In this document: positions 26,321 to 40,427 of the stretch, in pieces
Numbering within the stretch: position 1 is the stretch's first letter
How the letters are laid out: each line of letters begins with the position of its first letter
DNA from: Mobula hypostoma
Taxonomy: Eukaryota
Assembly: GCF_963921235.1 (NCBI RefSeq)
Contig: NC_086097.1
Span: forward strand, 114,950,001-115,014,000
Direction of reading: 5' to 3'
Length of the DNA stretch: 64,000 nt
Position numbers and translations under genes: made by a program
The notes under the pieces: model-generated
Database searches by the model: none
The model's input: the letters and a program-made list of their open reading frames with translations, nothing else
What the model was told of the DNA's origin: nothing

Positions 26321-26584
26321 AGTTCTCCCAGTCTTTTAAACTCTATTAGATAGAAGTCTATTCCGCACAACCAGTTTTCATAAGACTACCTGCTCATTTT
26401 TGGTATCAGTAAACTTACTCTGAACTGTTTCTAACATCCTTCAATAAATGAACAATATAATGCAGTACCCAGTATTCCAGATATTGTCTTACCTACACTC
26501 TTTGTAATGGAAACATACTTTACATCCTTTTACATTTAATTCTCCAAGCAAAACCCAATAAATTTGTATCAACTTAACTAAGTA

Positions 26585-29500
26585 TTTCAGTGGTTGGTAA
26601 GTTGATGGAAGAGATGCTGAGAGGCAGGACTTGTGAACATTTGGAAAGGCATGATATGATTAGGAATAGTCAGCATGTCTTTGTCAAACGCAGGTTGTGC
26701 CTTACGGGCCTGATTGAATTTTTTGAGGATGTGACTGAACACATTGATGAAGGTAGAGCAGTAGATGTAGTGTTTATGGATTTTAGCAAGGCATTTGATA
26801 AGGTACCCCATGCAAGGCTTATTGAGGAAGTGAAGAGGCATGGGATCCAAAGGGACCTTGCTTTGTGGATCTAGAATTGGCTTGCCCACAGAAGGCAAAG
26901 TGTGGTTGTAGGCAGGTCATATTCTGCATAGAGGTCAGTGACCAGTGGTGTGCCTCAGGGATCTATTCTGGGACCCCTTCTCTTTGTGATTTTTATAAAT
27001 GACCTGGATGAGGAAGTGGAGGGATGGGTCAGTAATTTGCTGATGACAAAAAGGTTGGAAGTGTTGTGGATAGTGTGGAGGGCTGTCATAGGTTACAGCG
27101 GGACATCAATAGGATGCAAAACTGGGCTGAGAAGTGGCAGATGGAGTTCAACCCAGGCAAGTGTGTGGTGGTTTATTTTGGTAGGTCAAATATGACGTGA
27201 GAATATAGTATTAATGGTAAGACTCTTGGCAGTGTGGAGGATCAGAGGGATCTTTGGGTCCGAGTCCATAGGAAACTCAAAGCTATTGCGCAGGTTGACT
27301 CTGTGGTTAAGAATGCATACAGTGCATTGGCCTTCATCAATCGTGGGATTGACTTTAGGAGCCGAGAAGTAATATTGCAGCTATATAGGACACTGGTCAG
27401 ACCCCACTAGGACTATTCCTCTTCTCAGCCTGTCTCTTGCAAAAATGCCATCCCCTTCTCGCAATTCCTCTGTCTCCACCGCATCTGCTCTCAGGATGAG
27501 GCTTTTCATTCCAGGACGAAGGAGATGTCCTTCTTTTTTAAAGAAAGGGGCTTCCCTTCCTCCACCATCAACTTCGCTCTCATCTCATCTCTTCCATTTC
27601 ACACACAACTGCTCTCACCCAATCTTCCCACCACCCCACTAGGAATAGGGTTCCCCTTGTCCTTACCTACCACACCAGCAGCCTCCGGGTCCAACATATT
27701 ATTCTCCATAACTTCCGCCACCTCCAACGGGATCCCACCACTAAGCACGTCTTTCCCTCCCCACCCCCTGCTTTCTGCAGGGATCGCTCCCTCTGTGAGC
27801 CCCTTGTCCAATTGTCCTCCCCATCCCTTCCCACTGAATCCTGAACATTGAATTCTCCAACTACTGGTAATTCCCTCCCCCTCCCTTCCCCTATCCCAGT
27901 TTCACTCTGCCCCCTCCCCCAGCTGCCTACCACCTCCCTCATGGTTCCGCCTCCTTCTACTACCCATTGTGTTTTCCCCTACTCCTTCTTCACCTTTCCT
28001 GCCTATCACCTCCCTGCTTCCCCTCCCCCACCCCTTTATCTTTCCCCTTACTGGTTTTTCACCTGGAACCTACCAGCCTTCTCCTTCCCACCCTCCCCCC
28101 ACCTTCTTTATAGGGCCTCTGCCCCTTCCCTCTGCAGTCCTGACGAAGGGTTCCGGCCCGAAATGTCGACAGATGCTGCCTGAACTGCTGAGTTCCTCTA
28201 GCGTGTTGTGAATGTTCCTTCCCACCGATCTCCCTCCCGGCACTTATCTTTGTAAGCAGAACAAGTGCTACACATGACCTTACACTTCCTCCCTCACCAC
28301 CATTCAGGACCCCAGACAATCCTTCCAGGTGAAGTGACACTTCACCTGTGAGTCAGCTGGGGTGGTATACTGTGTCCGGTGTTCCCAATGCGGCCTTCTA
28401 TATATTGGTGAGACCCGACGCAGGCTGGGAGATCGTTCCGCTGAACACCTACACTCTGTCCGCCAGAGAAAGCAGGATCTCCCAGTGGCCACACATTTTA
28501 ATTCCACATCCCATTCCCACTCTGATATGTCTATCCACGACCTCCTCTACTGTCAAAATGAAGCCACACTCAGGTTGGAGGAAGAACACCTTATAGTCCG
28601 TCTGGGTATCCTCCAACCTGATGGCATGAACATTAACTTCTCTGACTTCCGTTAATGTCCCACCTCCCCTTCGTACCCCAACCGTTATTTATTATAATTA
28701 TTAATTTACTATTCTTTTTCTCTCTCTCCTTTTTCTCCCTCTGTCCCTTTCACTATACTCCTTACCCATCCTCTGGGCTTCCCCCTCTCCTTTTATTTCT
28801 CCCTAGGCCTCCCGTCCCATGGTGCTCTCATATCTCTTTTGCCAATCAACTTTCTAGCTCTTGGCTCCATCCTTCCCCCTCCTGTCTTCTCCTATCATTG
28901 CGGATCTCCCCCTCCCCCTCCCACTTTCAAATCTCTTACTATCTCTTCTTTCAGTGAGTCTTGACGAAGGGTCTCGGCCCAAAACGTCGACTGTACCCCT
29001 TCTTGGCTGCTACCTAGCCTGCTGCGTTCACCAACAATTTTTATGTGTTTTGCTTGAAATACCAGCATCTGCAGGTTTCCTTGTGTTGGAGTACTGTGCT
29101 CAGTTCTAGTCACCTTACTAAAGGAAGGATGTGGAAACCATAGAAAGGGTGCAGAGCAGATTTACAAGGATGTTGCCTGGATTGGGGAGCATGCCTTATG
29201 AGAATAGGTTGAGTGAACTTGGCCTTTTCTCCTTGGAGCGATGGAGGATGAGAGGTGACCTGATAGAGGAGTATAAAATAATGAGAGGCATTGATCATGC
29301 GGATAGTCAGAGAATTTTTCCCAGGGCTGAAATGGCTAGCACGAGAGGGTATAGTTTTAAGGTGCTTGGAAGTAGGTACAGAGGCGATGTCAGGGGGTAA
29401 GGTTTTTATGCAGAGAGTGGAATGGGCTGCCGGTGATGATGGTGGAGGCAGATATAATAGGGTCTTTTAAGAGACTCTTGGATAGGTACATGGAGCTTAG

Positions 29501-29611
29501 AAAAATAGAGGGCTATGGGTAACCCTAGGTAATTTCTAAAGTAAGTACATGTTTGGCACAGCATTGTGGGCCGAAGGGCCTGTATTGTGCTGTGGGTTTT
29601 CTATGTTTCTA
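26585..29611 (+). mobile_element. CR1 RT/3' fragment containing nested Penelope insertions
   Basis: DFSKAFDKVPH and [12 protein letters not shown]; resumes at about 29087 with LEYCAQF; tail TTTCTATGTTTCTA. Confidence 0.92.
27411..29086 (+). mobile_element. Penelope-like element (GIY-YIG + pLTR) with a second-subfamily pLTR inserted at 27838-28216
   Basis: VYCVRCSQCGLLYIGETRRRLGDR..EH (GIY-YIG); hammerhead motifs at 28135-28172 and 28956-28993; inner TSD CCTTCCCAC(T/C)GA at 27826-27837 and 28217-28228. Confidence 0.9.
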
Positions 29612-31099
29612 CTTGTTATACTTGATAATTAATCTTTTGTTCATCATGCACTTGGACACCCAGGTCCTTTTGTGTCTCAGATCCCTGTACTTATTCATCA
29701 TCTAGATAATATGTATTCTTTTTATTTTTCTTTTATTTCACATTCACCTTTGCCGACTTGCCTAATCTATCTATATGCCCATGTAGCTGCCGTATTCCTC
29801 TCCACAACTGACTTTCACATTTTTAGCATCTATAGTTTTATTTTTTCCTGACAGTCTCACATTTGCTTTAATTTTCTTCTGTTTGCACCATGTCCTAGCC
29901 TACTGTTTGCTATTTATCACAGCTATATTATCCTTTTTGTCATTTTATCTTTTCTCTCTTCATCATTGCTTCAGTGTTTTTCTTTATGAACTCTGGGCAG
30001 ATTTCGGGTGGACATCCAGACACGGTCCCCAGGCAGGAGTAGTTTGGCTGGGCATTGCTGAATGTTGGCCTGACAGCAAGGATGGCTCTCCGTGCTGTCT
30101 TCCAAGCATTCCAGCATGTTGGAGAATCTGGTCCACCGTCTCAGTGGCTGACGGAAGTTTGGGGAGGGCAATGAAGTGGGCTGACTTGGAGAACCAGTCC
30201 TCCACTGTCCTGATCACCATGGTCCCATCGGAATATGGCAAACCTGTGATGAAATCCATTGTGGTGTGGGACTCACAGGCATCAAAAGCCAAGCAGGGGA
30301 TGCAGAAGTAGAGAAGGCCACTGGTTGGACGAATTGGAATGGAAACATTAAGGGCAGGCAGCGACAAAGTGATGTCCATCTGCAACCTTGGTGGACCACT
30401 AGAACCAGCACTGGAGAAAATCTAGAGTCCTAGATGGCTCAGGAGGGGCGAGGAGTGGGCCCACTGCAGTGCCTCTCAGTGCACAAGGACCGCTGGCACG
30501 TACAAGTGGTTTTCTGGTGCATCGACTGGACCAGGCTCAAGCTCTAGGGCTTGGTGTACCTGATTCTCAAGGCCCCAGATGATTGGGGCAAGGATTTGGG
30601 AAGATGGGATGATGGGCTGATGGTCAATCTCCATTTCAGCTGGGTCCAACTGTTGTGACAGGCATCACCTTAGTGTTCTTAGAGATGGATTTGTAGGAGA
30701 TAGTGAAGTCGAACAGCTTGATGAAAAGGGCTCAGTGAGCCTGACATGGTTTCAGTTGGTAGGTTTTTTGAATGGATATGAGGTTCTGGTGGTCAGTCCA
30801 GATCAGGAGGGGCTTAGTGTTTCCCTTCAGCAAATGTCTCTCTCCATTCCTCCAAGGCCCATTTAATGGTGAGTAACTCCCTGTCTCCTACTCTATAAAA
30901 CCTCTGTGTAGAGTTGAACTTGCGTGAGAAGAAAGCATAAGGGTGTGTTTTCCCACCCTGTCCTCACTGGGAAAGGATGGACTATGTGCCTATGACATAT
31001 GTGATCATCTCTACCAGAAGTGTTTGGGAGGGGTTCAAACTGCACCTCTTGAGCTCCCTGAAGGCAGCAGACCATGTTACCTGTTAGATAGGTGACTTA

Positions 31100-32570
31100 G
31101 ACCATAAGATATATGAGCAGAATTAGGCCATTCAGCCCATTGAGTCTGCACCACCATTTCATCATGGCTGATCCCAGATTCCACTCAACCCCACACACCT
31201 TCCTTCTCGCCATATCATTTGATGCTCTAACTGATCAGGAAACTATCAACTTCCGCCTCATATATACTCACGGACTTGGCCTCCACTGCAGTCTGTGGCA
31301 GAGCATTCCGCAGATTCACTACTCTCTGGCTACACCTATCATCTACTTGTAAATCTGCTGGTTCATCCCTAGCTCCATCAAACTGGTTCCCATTCCCCTG
31401 TCATATTAGTTTAAACCACTCCCAACAGCTCTAGTAAACCTACCCGTAAGAATATTGGTTCCCATTGGATTCAAATGCAACCCGTCCCTTTTGTATTGGT
31501 CACACCTGCCCCAGAAGAGATCCCAATTAACCAGAAATCTGAACCCCTGCCCCTGCTCCAATCTTCAGCCACACATTTATCTGCCACCTCATTCTATGCC
31601 AATCCTCACTGTCGCATGGCACAGGCAGCAATCCCGAGATTACTACCCTTGAGATCCTCCTCAGCTTCCTTCCTAACTCCCTGCATTCCATTTTCAGGAC
31701 CCCCTCCCTTTTTCTCCCTGTGTCATTGGTGCCAATATGTACCACAACTTCTGGCTGCTCACACTCCCATTTCAGGATATTGTTCAGAAACATCATGGAC
31801 CCTGGCAATTGCGAGGCAAACTACCATCTGTGTTTCTTTTCCGTGTCCACATAATCCCCTGTCTGTCCCCCTAACTATAGAGTCCCCTATTTCTGCTGCC
31901 GGTCTCTTCAGTTTCCCACCCTTCTGAGCCACAGGGCTAGACCCAGCGTCAGAGGTATGGCCACTGTTGCTTCCCCCAGGTAGGTTGTCTCCCCCAACAG
32001 TACCGAAAATGGAGTACTTATTGTTGAGGGGGTCGGCCACAGGGGTGCTCTCCACCACCTGACACCCTCCCTTCCCTCTCCTGACAGTCACCCATTTATC
32101 TGCTTCCTGTAGCCTTGGGGTGACTAGCTCCCTGTAGCCCCTGTCTATCACTGTCTCACTTTCCCTAACAAGCCGAAAGTCATCAAGCTGGGCTCCAGTT
32201 CCCTAACATGGTCTCTAAAGAGCTGCATCTCGATGCATTTGGTGCAGATGTGGCCTTCGGGGAGGCTGGAAGTCTGGAGATCCCACATCTGACACCAGAA
32301 CAGAGCACTGTTTCTGCAGACATACCCCCTAGTCTCTCAAGAGTTAATTAAGAAATAAGGGATGAACTTACCTACTTACCTTACCTCCGCCTGTTCTCAC
32401 TGAAGCCCTGTTGAACCAAACCCTACCACTCTGACTCTGACGATGACCGGTCTGCTAGACAGTACCCCTCTTATTGGAGACTGGGTTTTTAAAGCTCTTT
32501 GTCAGACTTGTGCTGGAACGCTTCTGCATCTTTGCAATACTCCAATCAATGAATACCGCTGAAAAAACTT
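31100..32570 (-). mobile_element. CR1 pieces: 5' UTR + ORF1 abutting a CR1 3' end
   Basis: ORF1 WVTVRRGK, GDSIVRG, HIGTND at 31527-32151; reverse 3' end and tail at 31100-31331. Confidence 0.88.
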
Positions 32571-33915
32571 CCTGCTTTCTGCCTTTCGCCAGACCTGCAT
32601 GGGAACTTGGTGAAGGAGGTGAGAGGAGTAGTGATTTGGCTATAGTTTATGGTGAAATGTCAGTAGAAATTGGAGAAACCCAAAATGCGCTGTAGCTGTT
32701 TGAGGGAGTATAGTTGGGGGGATTCAATGACAGTGTACTCTTCCTCAGGGTCCATGGATATGCCTTGGGGTGAAAGGACATAATGCAGGAAGGAAATGAT
32801 GGTGATGTGGAACTGACATTTTTCTAACTTGCAGTGCAATTGGTTTTCAAGGAGACGCTGAGGAACTGAACAGACATAACAGATATGGTCTTGGGAGTTC
32901 TTGGAGAGATGTCACTGAGGTATACGAACATCAGGCTTGGAAAACGGCTGGTCTGTTGGAAAGTCTGATAGGCATCACCAGGTATTCGTAGAGGCTGTTT
33001 GGTGTTACAAACGGATGAAGATCAGGTTGTACCTACTCATAGCTCCAGTTTGGTGAAGAGCTGTTCTCCGGGGAGTGTTTTGAATCTGCTTTCCATCAAG
33101 GGAAGAGAGGAGGGGTTCTAATTGCTGATTTTGTTGATGGAGAGCCCCATCTTCCTTCTTGACAAAGAAGATTCCTGCACTGGCTGCGGACTGGGATGGT
33201 CAAATGAAGCCATGCTGGAACGCTTGGTGATGTAGTCATACATGACTTGGGTCTCAGGAGGGGAGAGAGAGAACAGATAACCTCGGGAGGAGGGAAGTGG
33301 TGCCCTGGAGGATGCCGATCATGTAGTCATGTGGTCTGTGAAGTGGCAGGGTGCTGACTTCCCTCTGTCAGAAGCAGATGGTAAGTCATGATATTCCTGT
33401 GGGAGTTTGATGATGTTGAGGGTTTCCTCTGTCTCCACGGGTGAAATCAATTGAGGTTGCATGCAGATGGTCCAGCAGGTGAACTGGCTGATCAGGCAAA
33501 GTGAGGGGAGCAAAATGAGAGGAGTGTTGGGTGAGTCAATCAAAAGGAATTGGATGGACTTGCGGTGCTTTCTGAAGTTCATGTGCACAATCTGGCCATA
33601 TCAGACCCCAAGGGACAGCCGTCAATGGCCCTGATGTACAAGGGTTGAGAGCTAGGCTCGGAACGAAATCCAAGCTGCACACACAGAATCCGCACAAAGA
33701 GCCTTTGAGGTCTGGAGGAGGACAGAGATAGAGAGTTGGGTTACAGTGCTGGAACGAGGGGCAAGGCAGAGCTTTCCGGATAGATTGGCCCTTGTTTCTA
33801 CCTTGTGATACTGGTTCCTGGACTCAATGGGCATTTGATGCGTTGATGGTTGGGTGCTCGTAGTCAATGATCAAGTTGTTTCTCCAGTGACACTTGTGCT
33901 TTTGGGGTTTTAAGG

Positions 33916-34708
33916 AAGTAGTCCCCAACCACCGGACTGATACCAGCCGCAAAGCATGTGCTACCGGGCCGCGAGGAAACAATATGATTTGGCAATATGA
34001 AACGATATGAGTCAGCTGCACCTTTCCTCATTCCCTGTCACGCACTGTTGAACTTGAACATAGGGTTTCCAGCTGTCTCATATTAGCCCGGAACATCCCG
34101 TATATTGGGCTAATTTGGTTTGTCCCATACGGGATCGCCCTTGTCCCATATTTCCCCCGCTAAGGTAGAGCGTCCCTATGAAACCGTTCATAAGCCAAAA
34201 TGGCGTAAAGCGAAGAAGGAATTACCATTAATTTATACAGGAAAAATTTTTGAGCATTCCCAGACCCAAAAAATAACCTACCAAATCATACCAAATAACA
34301 CATAAAACCTAAAATAACACAACATATAATAAAAGCAGGGGTGATATGATAAATACACAGCCTATATAAAGTAGAAATAATGTATGTACAGTATAGTTTC
34401 ACTTAACAGAATCGGGAAGATTGAGCCAAAACCGATTTGTAGAAAAAAATCGGCGTGTACACGCATACGCACGTCACCTATGCACACACAGGTGCCCGCG
34501 CAAGGCTTCATGGTCATGGTAGTCTTTCTCGGGGTAAACGCGAGTGTCCCGTATTTGACTGCTACTTTTGTCCCTTATTTGGAAGTGAGAAAGTTGGCAA
34601 CCCTACTGGAACACCACGCCTCCCACCCCTGCCCCCCGTTGGCCGGTCTGCAAGAATATTGTCAATATTAAACCCAGTCTGCAGTGCAAAAAAGGTTGGG
34701 GACCCCTG
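33916..34708 (+). mobile_element. Non-autonomous hAT (Charlie-like) element
   Basis: Ends ..GTCCCCAACC / GGTTGGGGACCCCTG; 8-bp TSD TTTTAAGG / CTTTAAGG. Confidence 0.88.
34061..34605. mobile_element. Second hAT-type MITE (TAGGG termini) nested in the Charlie-like element
   Basis: TIR TAGGGTTTCCAGCT / AGTTGGCAACCCTA; 8-bp TSD CTTGAACA / CTGGAACA. Confidence 0.85.
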
Positions 34709-35144
34709 CTTTAAGGAAGCTCTCCCTGCTGCTTGGGTTTTGGAGCCATCGCTGAGGAGTGCCCTGCAGTCTGAAATGGTTCTGGGAATGGAGCTGGGGT
34801 TCTGGCCGATGATCTGAGGGCTCGTTTCATAAGACACTTGTCAATATGCAGGCTAGAGTGATGAGGCTTTTGAGGTCAGTGGGCATTTCCCGGATAGACA
34901 GCTTGTCTTTCAAGTGCTCCAGGCTGCTGAGATGGTAATGGGCCAGCAGCACTTCTGCATTCCAGATACACTCTGCTGTGAGGGTCTTGAATTGCATGGT
35001 GTAATCCAGCACTGAGCGTGAGCCTTGATGTAGGTGAAGTATCCGACCTGTATCTAATCAGAATCAGATGATGCAGAAACTCTATGTATACAATCCACTA
35101 TAGAGACATTCCTATTGTGATTTATTATAATATTTGTTTTCTTT

Positions 35145-36050
35145 TAGAGTCATAGAGAACTACAGCACAGTGACAGGCCATTCAGCCCATCTTATCCATG
35201 CCAAGCAGTTATCTGCCTGGTCTAATCCACTCGCATCTGCACCATAGCCCTCCATACTCCTTCCATCCAAGTACTTATCCAAACTTCTCCTAAATATTGC
35301 AATCAAACCCACATCCACCACTTCCGCTGTCAGCTTATTAAACACTTGCACCACCTTCTAAGTAAATAAGTTCACCCTCAGAATTCCCTTCAATATTTTA
35401 CCTTTCACCCTTGACCTATGACCTCTAGTTCCAGTATCTGGTCAGTAAGAAAGATATCTGCTTGATAACTTGATATCTGTCTTGATGAAGGGTCTTGGCC
35501 TGAAACGCCAATATACTCTTTTTCATACATGCTGCCTGGCCTGCTGAGTTCCTCCAGCATTCTGTGCATGCTGCTTACATTTCCAGCATCTGTAGATTTT
35601 CTCTTGTTTGTGCTTGGTACCTTTACCATAGATAGGTGACCAGAACTGCACACAATACCCCAAATTTAGCCTCACTAACATCATATACAACTTCAACATA
35701 ACATCTTAACCTCTGTACTCAGTACTTTGATTTATGAAGGCCAACGTGCCAAAACCTCTCTTTGCAACCCTGTCAGAGACAGTGTACCATTGTCAGAGAA
35801 TTATGGATCTGTATCCCCAGATCCCTTTGTTCTACTGCGCTCCCCAGTGTCCAATCATTCGCTGTGTAAGTCCAATCCTGGTTTGGCCTCCCAAAGGAAA
35901 CTTTATCTGTATTAAATTCCATCCGCCATTTTTCAACCCATTTTTACAGCTGGTCCAGATACTGCTGCAAAGTTCGATACCCTTTCTCACTATCCTGTAC
36001 ACCTCCAATCTTGGTGTCTACCACAAATTTACTGATCCAGTTCACACATT
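35145..36050 (-). mobile_element. Degraded CR1 3' fragment with a small pLTR insert (about 35478-35612)
   Basis: Reverse CR1 tail and RT remnant; degenerate hammerhead TTGATGAAGGGTCTTGGCCTGAAAC. Confidence 0.78.
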
Positions 36051-36051
36051 A

Positions 36052-36490
36052 TTCAATTCAATTTAAGTTTGATTGTCATTTAGCCATACATGAATAAACC
36101 AAAAGAGACAGCGTTACTCCGGTGCTAAGATGTAAAACATAGTATGAACAGTCACACACAGCACAAAGCACACATGGCATGTATAACATGGAAAGATACA
36201 GCCTTGCAACAACAGAGCCCAAATTTGAGCTATCCAACGCCACAGAATTCTGCAAATGACCACAATAGATCTTATCTTCTGCCAAGCGAACACTGGGAAG
36301 CAGTACTGACTCCAGCCTGGATGCTGCTCCACACTGCCCCCGGGGGTGGACACTGGCTCTAATGCCCCTCTCCTGGAGGCTGTAAGTAGGTGATGCAGTG
36401 TCTTGAGGCCTGGTGCTCGCTACAACCAAGGCCACACAGCTCCCCCGCCATCTGCCACACCACTCTGACAATAAATCATTGAATTGGACT
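36052..36490 (-). repeat. Unclassified interspersed repeat, homologous to 45140-45590 (+)
   Basis: Shared GGAGCT..GGCCTTG, GGAGTAAC...CATGTATGG and TTGAA-type tail. Confidence 0.7.
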
Positions 36491-36649
36491 CATGTCATAC
36501 CACATTAATAATGTCTAAAAGAGAACTGCAGTTTCAAGAAAAGTGACCATGACAGTCACTCGCCATTAGACTGTACATCTCTAGTGACTCAGGCAGCAGC
36601 ACGATGCACAGCTCCTTCATTTTCTCCAGCTGCGAATAACTCGTTGATC

Positions 36650-39600
36650 ATAAGACCTTAAGATATAGGAGCAGAATTAGGCCATGTGGCCTATCAAGTT
36701 TGCTTCGCCATTTCATCAAGGCTGATTAAATTTTCCTTTCAGCCTCAATCTCCTACCTTCTCCATTTATCCCTTCATGCCCTGACTAATCAAGAATCTAT
36801 CAGCCTCCGCCTTAAATACAAATAAAGGCTTGTCCTCCATAGCTGCCTGTGGCAAAGAAGTACTCAGATTCACCATTCTCTAGCTAAAGAAATTCCCCTT
36901 CATCTCCATTCTAAAAGGACACCTCTCTATTCTGATACTGTGTGCTCTGGTCTTAAACTCTCCCACCATAGGAAACATCATCTCCACATCCACTCTATCA
37001 GACCTTTCACCATTCAATAGGTTTCAATGAGGTCACCCCTCATTCTTCTGAATTCCAGTGAATACAGCCCAGAGCAATCAGGTGCTCTTCATGTGACAAG
37101 CCATGCAATCCTGGAATTATTTTTGTGAACTTCTTTTGAACCCTCCCCAGTTTCAGCACATCCCTTCCAAGACAAGGGGCCCAAACCAAATCACAATACT
37201 CTGTGAGGCCTCACCAGTGTTTTATGAAGTTTCAACATTAAATCCTTGCTTATGTTCTAGTCCTCTTGAATTGAATGCCAACATTGCATTTGCCTACTTC
37301 ACCACAGACTTAACCTGCAAATTAACCTTTAGGGAATCCCGCACAAGGACTCCCAAGTCCCTTTGCATCTCAGTTTTTTGTATTTCCTCTCCAATTAACT
37401 CTTTCATTTCCTCTACCAACGTGCATGACCACACCCTTTCCAACACTATATTCCATTTGCCATTTCGTTGTCCATTCTCCTAATCTGTCTAAGTCCTTCT
37501 GTAGCCTTTCTACTTTCTCAAAACTACCTACCCCTACCCCTGTCCTCATAACATCTGCAAGCTTTGCTACAAGGCTTTCAATTCCATCATTCAAATCATT
37601 GACATATAACCTAAAACTAATTGGTCCAAACACAGACCTCTGTGGAATACCACTAGTCACCGGCAGCCAACCAGAAAAGGCTCACTTCATTCCCACTCTT
37701 TGCCTCCTGCCAATCAGCCACTGCTTGATCCATGCTTGAATTTTCCTGTAATACCACAGGGTCATAGTTTGTTAAGCAGCCTCATGTATAGCCTTCTGAA
37801 GAACCAAGTACACAATATCAACCAATTCTCCTTTGTCTATCCTGCTTGTTACTTCTTCAAATAATTCCAACAGATTTGTCAGGCAAGGTTTTCCCTTGAG
37901 GAAACCATGCTGACTGCAGCCTATTTTTATCATGTGCCTCCAAGTACCCTGAGACTTCATCATTAATAATCGACTCCAACATCTTCCTGAGGTCAGACCA
38001 ATAGGCCTTTAATTTCCTTTCTTCAGCCTCTCTCCCTTCTTGAAGAGTGGAGTGACATTTGCAGTTCTCTGGTCTTCCGGAACCATTCCAGGATCGAGTG
38101 ATTCTTGAAAGATCATTACTAAAGCCTTCACCATCTCTTCAGCCACCTCTTTCAGAACTCTGGTGTGTACACCATCTGGTCCAGGTGACTTATCTACATG
38201 CAGACCTTTCAGTTTCCCAAGAACCTTCTTTCTAGTTATGGTAACTTCACACACTTCATACCCCCTGACACCTGGAACCTCCACCATACTGCTAATGCCT
38301 TCCATAGTGAACACTGATGCAAAATACTTACTCAGTTCTTCCGCTATTTCGTTGTCCCTCATTACTACCTCTCCAGCATTGTATTTTAGTGGTCCAATAT
38401 CCACTCTCGCCTCTTTAATATATTATGTATCAGAAGAAACTTTTGGTATCCTTTTTAATATTATTGGCTAGCTTACTTTCGTATTCCATCTTTACTTTCT
38501 TATTGACTTTTTTTAGGTGCCTCCTGTTGGTTTTTAAAAGCTTTCCAATCCTCCAACATCCCACTAATTCTCACTCTATTATATGCCCTCTCTTTGGCTT
38601 TTATGTTGGCTTTGACTGCTCTTGTTAGCCACGGTTGTGTCATCTTACCTTTAGAATACATACTTTGTTCTCTTTGGGATGTATATATATATCCTGTGTC
38701 TTCTGAATTGCTTTAAGAAATTCCAGCCACTGCTGCTCTGCTGTGTTCCCTGCCAGTGTTCCTTTCCAATCAATTCTGGCCAGCTCCTTTCTCATGCTCT
38801 GAAATTCCATTTGCTCCACAGTAGTACAGATACATCTGATTTTAGCTTCTCTTTCTCAAATTCCAGGGTGAATTCAATCATATTATGATCACTTTCCCCT
38901 CAGGGTTCTTTTACCTTTAGCTCTCTAATCAGTTCTGGTTCATTGCACACACTCAATCTAAAATAGCTGATCCTCTCGTGGGCTCAGCCACAAGCTGCTC
39001 TGATAAGCCATCTCATAGGCACCCTAGAAATTCCCCCTCTTGGAATCCAGCACCAACCTGATTTTCCCCATCTACCTGCATATTGAAATCCCCCATGACT
39101 ATTGTAACATTGCCCTTTGGGCATACATTTTTTATCTCCTGTTGTAATTTGTAAGCCACATCCTTACTACTGTTAGGGGTCTGTATACAACTCCCATCAT
39201 GGTCTTTTTACCCTTGCAGTTCCTTAGCTCTGTCCACAATGATTCAACACCTTCCGATGCTGCGACACTAATTTCTAATGATTTGATTTCATTTTTAACC
39301 AGCAGAGCAACATCGAACCCTCTGCCTTCCTGCCTATCCTTTCAATACAATGTGTATTCTTGGACACTAAGCTCTCACCTATAATCTTTCAGCCATGATT
39401 CCGTGATGCCTACAACATCATACCTACCAATCTGCAACTGTGCTGCAAATTCATCTACCTTAGCCTGTTTACTGCACACATTCAGTTACACCTGCAGTAC
39501 TTTTAAGTTCTAAATATATAACAGGATATTGCAATCATTAAAAATATATTTAAGTGTGACAGTAGCACCTTTTGTTGACCCTGTGGAAGCTGCTGCAACC

Positions 39601-40420
39601 GAATGCGATCATTGACATAGATAACAATCAACAATGGACCCTGTGCCGATCCCTGTTGGACACCAGAGAGGTACCCATCTATTACCACTCCCTGGCTACT
39701 ACCACAAAGCCAATATCAAACCCAATTTACCATCTTATCCTGAATGTCAAGTGACAGAACCTTCTCTATCAGCCTCCTATCTGTTAAAGGCCATGCTAAA
39801 ATCCATGTAGGAAACATCCACTGTCTTTCCTTCAACAACTTTCTTGGTAACCCACTCAATAAAATATATATGAATAGTTACACATGTTCTATGATGCACA
39901 AAGTCACCTTGACTCTCCATATTCAGGCCTTGTCTATCTAAATACTTTCATATCCTGTCCTTTAGAATATCTTCCAAAAATTTACCCTCTATTGATATCA
40001 AGCTCAATGTCCAATGCCAATGGCTTATTCTTAGAGCCTTCTTGAACAACAAAGCAACCCTCGCTATCTTCTGATCTTCTGGCATCTTACCCATGGCGAA
40101 GGATGTTTTAAATATATTTGCCAGGGCTCCTATAACTTCTGCACTGGCCACTCACAGGATCCAAGGGGACACTTTATCACACCCTGGGGACTTATCCACG
40201 CTAATTTGCAACAAGAATGCAAGCACCTCCTCTTCTGTAATCCATACATGGTCCATGACTTCACTGCTGTTTTGCTTCAGTTTTATAGACTCTGTGTCCA
40301 TCTCCTGAGTAAATACGGATGTACAATATCCATTTAAAGTCTCCCCATCTCTTTTGGCTCCATGTAAGAATGTCCATGTTGATCTTCAAGTGGACCAATT
40401 GTGTGCTTTACTATACTTTG
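36650..40420 (-). mobile_element. Degraded CR1 ORF2 (36650-39500) plus a further CR1 remnant
   Basis: KSPGPDGVHTRVLKE, QHGFLKGKPCLTNLLE, TSGIPQ; reverse tail CATAAGAC. Confidence 0.9.
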
Positions 40421-40427
40421 CTCTCTA

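Larger units (their letters stand above)
29970..35050 (-). mobile_element. Fragmented sushi-like Ty3/Gypsy internal region (gag, PR/RT, RH, IN), interrupted
   Basis: Gag QGSRSVLDYTMQFKTL...LKDKL (about 34830-35030); [14 protein letters not shown]...[19 protein letters not shown] and [13 protein letters not shown] (29971-30300); degenerate RT FVYLSD at about 32915-32930. Confidence 0.85.
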
